Assembly: GCA_951406725.2 (NCBI GenBank)
Contig: OX597831.1
Location: 35,278,001-35,342,000, forward strand
Reading direction: 5' to 3'
Source: Octopus vulgaris
Lineage: Eukaryota
Length of the DNA stretch: 64,000 nt
This document shows, in pieces, positions 54,045-64,000 of the stretch. The notes beneath the pieces were generated by a model, which saw only the letters and a list, made by a program, of their open reading frames with translations, was not told where the DNA came from and did not search any database. The first letter of the stretch is position 1. Each line of letters begins with the position of its first letter. Both the position numbers and the translations under genes were made by a program.

Positions 54045-55720
54045 AAACATTGTCATTTTTACATTCACTCTTCCTTGCTTGCATGGGTTGGACAGGTGTT
54101 CTCAAGCGCAGCATCTCACCCTTTATCGCTGTCCTTAATCATCTTCAAAAAGCTCAGCGCCCTGAAATGAGCTTTAGCTTCTTCCTATGTCTTCTCTATC
54201 TTAAATTCCTTCCACTTAAATTGCTTGGTGCTTCTTGACTCAGCTGTCAACCTCCTTAAATGTCATGTCTTCACCAACATTGTTGCCTCTCATATACATT
54301 ACATCTGATTCCCCTTATACCCAGGTTTTTTTTTCCTCTCAGTTTATTCACAAATGAAATATGCTCGCTTCATTTCCTTTCAATGTTCACACATCCACTG
54401 CATTCAGTGCCCACGTTTTGCTACAATAGTCACATCCCACTTTATACACAAGCATCATACAAGCTGCCTTTCATCCAGAGAAAGAATCCCTGTATTGTCA
54501 GCAGATAAAAAAAAACCTCCCTGAACTTTTGCCATGTTGTTCATACTCCAATTTCAATGGTTCTAGAAATTTCTTGCCTCCACTGCTGATTAAATCATCA
54601 AGGTAACAGAAGCTAACAACTAATACCTGGGACCCTTCCAAGTGTTTGAAAGAATTCATTTCATGAGTACACTGGCTGCTAACCGTGTGCCTGCCGTACA
54701 CAGTCTTTCTTCTCTATCAGTCTACCTGTGATCTCACTCAATCTCTTGTACACCCATAGTTTACATATAATACAAAATACAAAGTTCCTACCCACTATTT
54801 ACTCCTTTTCTGCATACTGATCAAGGCCACCTCTGATGATAGTAGAGTTGTGTTGTCTTTTCTGCTAACCAGAGCTTTTGTCTTTGCTGGGTTTACTTTG
54901 AGATTTCTCAATGTTATACTTTGCTTAAATCTTTAGCATTTAATCCAGCCATATCCAGCCTGTTTTATGTTTAAACTGACCTGATTCAACCTCTCACACC
55001 TACCCTACCATGTTGTTCTAAAAATATACAAATACACCAAGGAAATCGTGAAGCTACATGATAATGCATGAGTAATTCAAAACAATGTGAATAAATTAGC
55101 TTTACATTTGACAAAGAAATCTGAATACTAAAAGGTTAAAGATTTGAAATTCCTTCTCAAATTCTTTGTCCGGTTTAGCTTTGAGAATTTGATCATCAGC
55201 ATACAGGAGCACCCCACAGACAGCCTGGCTTTCTAATCTGTAGTGCTCTCTTCTCTGTCATTTTCTTGATGTACTCTGTCAGTTTAATGCTTCTGCTGTC
55301 GCTTCTTTTTAGCACATCTCGTTTGACCTCCAGTTGTGAGGATAATACTATTCCGGTCATTGCATGGAACAGTTCTCTGTACTCTGATTGACTCATTGAC
55401 TCGCATGTGTTCTACTTCACTGGATATTTTCAGTATCTCAGTGATTCCCCCTTAACGGTTCAGCTGTTTACTAGCTTTCATATTCCTAACCACGCTTTTA
55501 ACAGTCTAATTGTCAACTTTAATAACTGCCCTTTCTTTTGGGTCTGCTCAGAGTAGATCCCACTCTCTCCTATACATTCTGTCCATTGATCAACCTGTTG
55601 TAGTAGCATTTCCTTGTCTCTTTTTCTTAGTGTTAGTGAAGGCAACTACACTACTGTAATATCATATATGCTTCTCTCTAACATTTTCTTGATTCACATC
55701 AATATACTGCATTACAATCC
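54045..55720 (-). mobile_element. Highly decayed RTE-clade LINE (reverse transcriptase C-terminal region and 3' tail), interrupted by a P1 MITE
   Basis: Minus-strand pieces VVSFCYLDDLISSGG and KGSLYDACV*...KTWALNA...NEAS; ends in a ccaacccatgcaagca tail; the 5' boundary is approximate. Confidence 0.7.
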
Positions 55721-55742
55721 TCAATATAGTAGTAACTCTTAG

Positions 55743-55956
55743 GGTGGCGAGCTGGCAGAATTGTTAGCACACTGGGCAAAATGCTTAGCGGCATCTCGTC
55801 CATCTTTATGTTCTGAGTTCAAATTCTGCTAAGGTTGGCTTTGCCTGTCATCCTTTCAGGGTCGATAAAAATAAGTACCAGTTAAACACTGGGGTTGATG
55901 TGATTGACTTAACCACCTCCCACGAACTTGCTGGCCTTGTGCCAAAATTTGAAACG
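55743..55956 (+). mobile_element. SINE-C with perfect 20-bp TSD
   Basis: aatatagtagtaactcttag at 55723-55742 and 55957-55976. Confidence 0.92.
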
Positions 55957-57378
55957 AATATAGTAGTAACTCTTAGTATGTAGAAACTGGGAGAGAGAGA
56001 GAGAGAGGGGGGTGGGGAATGAGAAATTGTAAACTGAAACATACTCCTTGCTGGATACATTGCCAAGTAGGGTGTGTGTTGGTGGCAGTGGGGGAGAAAA
56101 TAGACATGGAGGACAACGAAAATAAGAAGCAAGACCAAAACAAAAAAGGCATAAACAGAGGTCGCCCTTCATCAGCTATCGATCTGGAGGTCATGGTGAT
56201 TTTACACCTTGAATGTATATGTGAATAAATGTTTGCATCGGTATAAATGTGTATGTGCATTTGTCTATAGATATGTATATGTGTGTATGTTTATATATGT
56301 ATATATATATATATATATGTATGTATATATGTATATACATATGTATGTCTATGTATATATATATATTTGTGTGTGTGTGTGGTTAGTAACTGCGGTATAG
56401 ATTATTGAAGCAAGGTAAGACATCACATACATACAGCAGAATTAAGCTCAATATTTTAAAATTATACCCCCCAAAAATTCTATTAATCTAATGTTTGTGC
56501 TTAAACTTGCTATAATAAACAAATGCAAATGAAGGGGTTCTAATCTGAATTAAGATCATCCGCGGGATTAGGTTTAGGGTCTTTGTGCTGATCTCTGTAT
56601 TCATTTTCCATGAACAATATTAGTTTTCTGGGGGCAAATACCTTGCTGGAAATCTAAACATGTTATAGAATTCAAGGGAATCCTATTCTGTTACATAGTA
56701 CTTGTCGTGGTTGTTGAGTCCGACCAAGGTCAGGCTTTGATTGAGTAGACCTAGGATCAGTTGCATTCAAGCTGTGATCATCCCGTCTCTGTTTAAAGTA
56801 TAATGTATCCTGGATGCATATGTCTTGATACCTTTTGCTTTGTTTTTTTCATTTTTTTTTTTATTTTGTTTTTTCCAATAGTGGTAGAATGTGATTATGT
56901 GGGATATCTAGCTGTTATTTCTAGAAGATTGAGTAACCCACATTGATGGTATTCTCATATTTTGGCACAAAAATAAATAAATTAGAGCCGGAGAGCTAGC
57001 TCAAGGGTGAAAAATGTTTTATTTTTTATTTATATTATTCATTTCTTTTCCCAACCCCATTTCTTATATTATTCACAGAGAAAATATCTCCTTTTTAATC
57101 AAGCTTTATATTGCTGTTGTTTAGATTCAGGTCTGATCTAATTGAGCTGATCTGTGATCAAAGACTACACACCTGTTAGACTGATATCTGTATCCCTTCT
57201 CTTGTGTCAGATGGTAGGGTGTGATTCGAGGGAGGTTTAGGTGTTATTTCTAGCAGGTCTAGTGACCATGTAGAAACTCACTTGTATATAATTGTGTGCA
57301 TGTGTGTGGGTGAATGTGTGTGATAGTGACATTTCTTCTGTGATGAGATATTGTTGCTTAACAGTTTCTCCAAAGTTA

Positions 57379-57444
57379 TATATATATATATATATATATA
57401 TACAGTGCTTTATCATTGTTTTCAAACATCAATGAGGTATGCAA

Positions 57445-57510
<66 letters not shown>

Positions 57511-58231
57511 ACATGTATGTATGTATACATGTATGTATGTATACATATATGTATGTATACATGTATGTATGTATACATATATGTATGTATACATGTATGT
57601 ATGTATACATATATGTATGTATACATGTATGTATGTATACATATATGTATGTATACATGTATGTATGTATACATATATGTATGTATACATGTATGTATGT
57701 ATATATGTATGTATGTATACATGTATGTATGTATACATGTATGTATGTATACATTTGTGTATGTATACATGTATGTATGTATACATGTATGTATCTATAC
57801 ATGTATGTATGTATACATGTATGTATGTATACATATATGTATGTATACATATATGTATGTATGTATACATATATGTATGTATGTATACATATATGTATGT
57901 ATGTATACATATATGTATGTATGTATACATATATGTATGTATACATATATGTATGTATACATATATGTATGTATACATATATGTATGTATACATATATGT
58001 ATATATGTACATGTATATATGTACATATATGTATGTATACATATATGTATATATGTATGTATACATATATGTATGTATGTATATATATATGTATGTATGT
58101 ATACATATATGTATGTATACATATATATATGTATGTATACATATATATGTATGTATGTATAAATATATATGTATGTATGTATGTATGTATAAGTATATAT
58201 ATATAAATATATATATGTGTATATATTTACA

Positions 58232-58280
<49 letters not shown>

Positions 58281-58313
58281 ATATATAAATATATATATGT
58301 GTATATATTTACA

Positions 58314-58365
<52 letters not shown>

Positions 58366-58397
58366 AATATATATATGTGTATATATTTACATATATG

Positions 58398-58428
<31 letters not shown>

Positions 58429-58457
58429 ATATATAAATATATATATGTGTATATATT

Positions 58458-58500
<43 letters not shown>

Positions 58501-58713
58501 ATATATAAATATATATATGTGTATATATTTACATATATGTATATATATATATGTATGTATATATATAAATATATATATGTGTATATATTTACATATATGT
58601 ATATATATATATGTATGTATATATATAAATATATATATGTGTATATATTTACATATATGTATATATATATATGTATGTATATATATAAATATATATATGT
58701 GTATATATTTACA

Positions 58714-58754
<41 letters not shown>

Positions 58755-58921
58755 ATATGTATGTATATATATGTGCATATATATATGTGTATATAGATAT
58801 ATGTATGTATATAAATATATGTAAATATGTGTGTGCATATATATGTACATACATATATGTAAATATATATATGTGTTTTTATATATAGATATGTATATAT
58901 ATATATGTGTGTATATATATT

Positions 58922-58970
<49 letters not shown>
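57379..58970. repeat. 1.6-kb compound TA/TATG/CATG microsatellite with higher-order units
   Basis: About 14-18-nt atgtatgtatac(at) units, then exact 60-nt periodicity around 58490-58720. Confidence 0.95.
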
Positions 58971-58972
<2 letters not shown>

Positions 58973-59924
58973 TACTGCTGATTGAAATGCACTGCAGCCA
59001 TCTGAATTTCATCATCTTTCCATACCCCATAGGCTTTTAGCGGTTGACTAAGTAAGACAGAGAATTGTTTTGTTTTAAGTTTGTAACCAGACAAGATGTT
59101 AAAGTGTTTAATGAAACCGACGCAAAAGAAATCAGAAATTATTGTTTGTGTGGTTGGCTGTTTTTGTTTCCGCTTGTTTTTATGTTTGTAAATTGTTTTG
59201 GTTTTTTTTTTTATTATTATTTTTTTTTTTCAGTTTACTTATGTAATTCATAACAGCATGAAAATAAAAATAAAAGCGAAAATGAAACATTTGACTTTAA
59301 ATAAACCATTGATAAACGATGACAATAAGTTAACTGAACTCTTGTGTTTCCTCGATGGTAGACAGTTAAATTTGTCTCATATTTAAACAGCTATTTTACT
59401 GTGTTGTTCTTTTGGATATTAGTTTTGTACTCTAATCATTACTGCCAGCATTTTGTCACAATATTCCTGTTGAAATACCGTTGCCTTTGTTTCACTTGAA
59501 TTTGAAAATAATGAAGAATTTAGTAAAACAACCCTATCATTATTTTATCTCATGTTTTCAAGAGTAGTGGATTGGCGGAAGCATTAGTGTGATAGACCAA
59601 AGGCCTAAAAATATTTTCTTCCAGCTCATTACATTCTCTGTTCAAATCCTGCCATGTTATGCTTTGCCATTCATCCTTTCAGTGTTGATAGTACCTGGCC
59701 CCGTGATTTAATCAATTAAATCCCTCCCTGCAAAATTTCTAGCTTTGTATCTATTTTAGAAACAATTATTAATCTGGTGTTAGGAACATAAATTGGCATG
59801 AAATGTTTGGTGGAAGTTTTTCATACGGATCACTTTGAAAGAGGAAGTTTGTATCAGAGAATCATGGGTAATCTCAGGCAAGCTGGTATCTTTCCTGAAC
59901 TTATTTTATCCAGGGTTTCATCAC

Positions 59925-60100
59925 TCCCGAAGGAAGAACTCACTGGACCCCTTCCGCTGCTGTCCGTCTATGGCTAGTTGTGATCATGTAGGCCAAAGAT
60001 AGTCGGTGAGATCATTTCACCATCTTGTCTTTGGTCAGCTTCTTGATCTTATTCATTGCCTTGGCATCCATTCTGTCACCCTGATTGTCCTTCAGTTTCA
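59925..60100 (-). mobile_element. Possible RTE-type LINE 3' remnant
   Basis: Minus strand gives RSRS*PKTRW and LAIDGQQRKG-like pieces; weak. Confidence 0.4.
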
Positions 60101-61824
60101 CGATGAACTATGAAGTAAATATTTAAGGATCTAGGGCATTAGATCTTCTTAGTTCTTCTTAGTTACCTTCTCGAGTCATACAGACTCATAAGGGACAATT
60201 TCCTGGTTTCCATGATATATATATATTCCCCACCTGGACAAGACGTCAGTCCATTGTAGCATTACCTATTCTTGCCAGCTAAGTGAACTGGAGCAATGTG
60301 AAATAAAGTGTTTTGCTCAGGGACACAACACATCACCCAGTCCAGGAATCGAAACTACAATCTTACAATCATGAGTCCAGCACCCTAACCACTCACTATG
60401 TCATGCACTCCACTTAGGGCATTGGATGGTATCAGTTAATTAACAGCCAGCTTATTCCATTGTTACTGAAATTATTGCTATCGCAGAGACTAATCCAAAA
60501 GCCTTCTGGTGATTATAATTTGTTGCTGGCTTTACATATTAATCACATGAGATGGGAAGTATTGCTTGATAGGAAGCGTGGGAAGAGAAAAATGATAGGA
60601 GTAAGCTGTTGAGTATTATGTCCCTCCCAAATAAACTTCTTCAAGAAAAATGTTTTTCTTATATCATGCCCATCACAAAGTAGATTAACCCTTTTGACAC
60701 AATTCCCCCTGACCCCTCCCTACTCCTGGTTCTATGTTAACAAAATTTCTGATTTGAAATTATCTGAATTAAAATCTTCCTTTAAAATTTTTTGCAAATT
60801 TATGCTTCAAACATCATGTTAAAAAGAACAATGTGATTTTACTAAATTCTTCGTTTTTTTCCAAAAGAATTGAAACAAAGCAACATATTTCAACAGAAAA
60901 ATAGTTGCAAAACAAGTAATGAAATACAGAAAAAAAACCCAGTTTGAATTTTTAAAATGTTGATTAATTTCATAAGACAAAAATGTTAAAGAAAAGGACT
61001 GTAATTTGGTAACAGAATATGTAGCTGTAAAATGGCTAATTCCAGCTAATACTAAATTATTATTAGACATTATAGGTACCAATTTTAGAAGCAAAATAAA
61101 AAAGAGCAAATGGCACATAGACAGGACTCAAACTGCATATCTCTTATTTGCTGAGTAACTGATTTATCAGTTATACTATGGAGGGCCGGCCATCAGGTTA
61201 TATTGATAAGAGATACATTATTTGAGTGCCTTCAAGTAATCATGTTGCTTTTTACCCTCACCCATATTTTCTATTGGCGCTTATGATTTTTAATATCATA
61301 TCCCATTAAGATATTACAATTGAAATCATAACACATATATAATATCATTTTAGAAAGGTTAATTTTTTTCTCGTTTGTTTTGTTTTGATTTGTTTTTGTT
61401 TTTTAAATTTTCGTTTTTGTTTCACCTCCACTCTCACTTTCTGAATGCTAATTACATAATAGATTAATGTTTCCTTAATTATCCCTCTCTCTTACACACA
61501 TACAAACATCCACACACACACACACATCCAAAGACAATATTTCAAACTATGTGGCATTTTCTTGAAAATATTATTATTAATTTAATTCATTTCTTTTATT
61601 ATTTTTCCTTCATTTTTTTTTTTCATTTTTTATTTACTGTTTTCACATCTTGAGGAAGAAACCATTATATTTTAAGGATGCTCTGTTTTCTTGAGTTTTT
61701 TTCTTTAATCTTTCAACCATTACTTTTTACAAGATTGTTTTTATTTGTGTATAAATAATTACTAATATATATGTACACACACATATATATATATGTATAT
61801 ACATACATATACATACACATACAT

Positions 61825-61873
<49 letters not shown>

Positions 61874-64000
61874 CATGTGTGTGTATGTGTACTTATGTGT
61901 ATATATGTACATATGTACCTGTATATATATATATGTATGTATATTTGCATGGAAAGGGATTTTTTTAATGTATTGTTCTTCCCTGTTTTCCCTTTTTTTC
62001 CATTATTAACAAAACCTTCATGTTTGAATTCAGTAAAGTTGTGATAAGGCGTGCAATCACGCATGTGTGTATGTATATGTGTGTACGAGTATGTGTGTAT
62101 ATGTGTTAAAAAACTTAAATAAATAAAATTAACAAAAAGAAAAACAAAAACAGGGAAATTTTTTTTTTATTTTTCCTCATTCCATTTGAAGAAATTTCTT
62201 AAGAGATAAAGAAGAAAAAAAAAATCATTCCTGCTGAATTGAATTTAGATGAATTTCCCTCAATAATTGCAATGGTCAAGATTAAATTATTGTAATAAAA
62301 CCTCATGTAAAATTGTATTAAAAACATTTCATTTAAAAAAAAAAAATGAGAATGAAAACGCAAAAACAACAGAAAAAACAAACTTTGGCTTTTTTTTTTT
62401 GAAAAATGTTTCTTTTCTTAATGAATAGATCATAAAACCCTGGTTCAAGGTTAATTTGAGACATTTGACATTTTCCTTAATATAAGTATTTTTTTTATTT
62501 TTAAAGAGTAAATTAAATTATTTTTAATGGTGGAACTTGAAGTAGATAAATAAGTGTTTAGAATATAGGGTTAAAAAAACCCCAAAAAACCTTGACTGGT
62601 AAAATTTCAGAGACTACCCATGGAAATTGAACCCACATCTTATGTGAATATGACAGACTTACTAACCATTATATTGAGGCAGTGGTTCCCAACCTGGGGT
62701 CTGTGGTCCCCTGGTGGTTTGCAAAGGTAGTACGGTGGGTGGAGGCGTGAACTAAAAAAAAAAGTACTGGTGGGGGAGTCTATTTGTTTGTCTAAAATTC
62801 TTAAAGGTGGTGTGCCAGCATGGCTGCAGTTTAATGACTGAAACCAGTAAACGAATCATAAATGTATAGGATATTGGATTAAGAAATCCCTTAGATGGAA
62901 AAAAAAGTCAAAGGCTGCCCATGGTTAGCACATTTGTTATGTTTGCAGAAGATGTGAATTCATATCCTATTGGCATCCTTTCACTTTTTCTCCATTCAAG
63001 GCCCTTTTTTTTAGGCCAACATTTCACACATTATTATTTATAACTTTATATAAGGTGATGAGCTGACAGAATCATGAGCACACCAGACAAAATACTTAGA
63101 GGGCATTTTGTTTGTGTTTGTGTTCCGCTGAGGTCAAATTTGCCTTTCATCCTTTCAGGGTTGATGGAAAAAGTACTAGTTGAGCCCTGGGGCCGATATA
63201 GTCGACTATCCACTTCTCCCAAAATTCCAGGCTTTGTACTTTTAGTAGAAAGGATTATTTATAATTTTGTCTATTTCAAGTTTAACTGTTAAAAATAATT
63301 TATTTCTTATCTTGAAGTTTCTAAACTGTTACAATTTAAATAATATTTTTCTTAAGGAAATAGCTGGACTGCTGTCAAACCAGTGTGTTTCATGGTGATT
63401 CATTGAGTATGAAATCGACAGGTGGTTGGCAAAATCAGGAGAGTGTCAGAGAAAAAGACTTGTGGTGATTTATTATGTTCTTAGTTCAATTTCTACCCTG
63501 GTTGACTTGTTCTTTTCATCTTTCTGATGTTAACAAAATGAGTTCCAGCCCATAAAATGAGCGAACCTTTTGATACAATAATTTCTGGGAGAGAGGGAGG
63601 GTGTGGTGTAATTGTATCCCAGAAAATGATGTGTTCTAGTTTAGCTAAAGTTCAGTGGCTGAAACCAATCCATGTTAAAGTATAAAAAAGTACTTAACCC
63701 TTGAACATTCAAACTGCCCATATATGGCCCAAATATTCTACATTGTTTTTATGTCCAAAACTGACCAGATCTGGCATCTCACACCTACCCTACAATGTCA
63801 TTCTAAAAATCAACATTCATGTCATCAAAATCTCAAAGTTACAAGGTAATGATTGCTAAAGCATTAATAGGGCCCTTATTGTCAAGATTCTGTTTTTCAG
63901 TTGAAAAATCCGAGCTACCTTTAATTAATATTTCTTTGGTAATTAATCAAGAAACTTGCGCAATTCTTCAAAGAGTAATTTTCTTTTTGGTTTTTACTGA

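Noticed and set aside
57351-59040. Long ORFs up to 361 aa in several frames
   Set aside because: Stop-free translations of TA/TATG microsatellite; the same applies to ORFs at 7390-8193, 19617-20520, 49033-49315 and 61727-62064.

Overview
AT-rich, microsatellite-saturated eukaryotic (animal) genomic DNA. The SINE/RTE/MITE repertoire and (TA)n/(CATA)n density suggest an octopus or other coleoid cephalopod (inference). The one host gene I can support is the 3' end of an endosomal Na+/H+ exchanger of the SLC9A6/7/9 (NHE6/7/9) group on the + strand. Five GT-AG exons (13975-14100, 25002-25084, 26584-26692, 28148-28276, 47531-47641) splice in frame to 185 aa of cytoplasmic tail containing [42 protein letters not shown]; the transmembrane exons were not found and presumably lie upstream. 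The rest is intron, 3'UTR and intergenic sequence filled with tRNA-derived SINEs, RTE-type tails and LINE remnants, a decayed mariner, hAT and TTAA (piggyBac-type) MITEs, two non-autonomous Helitrons and a 161-bp x4 tandem array. The most interesting observations are a candidate alternative last exon ending in an acidic-dileucine-like signal, decayed minimal hammerhead-ribozyme motifs in Penelope-like palindromes, several long fold-back hairpins, and a 22-23-nt TTAA-bounded filler that accompanies one MITE family. Nearly all ORFs in the supplied track are microsatellite or repeat artefacts. Repeat family labels (A-E, P1, P2) are my own working names.
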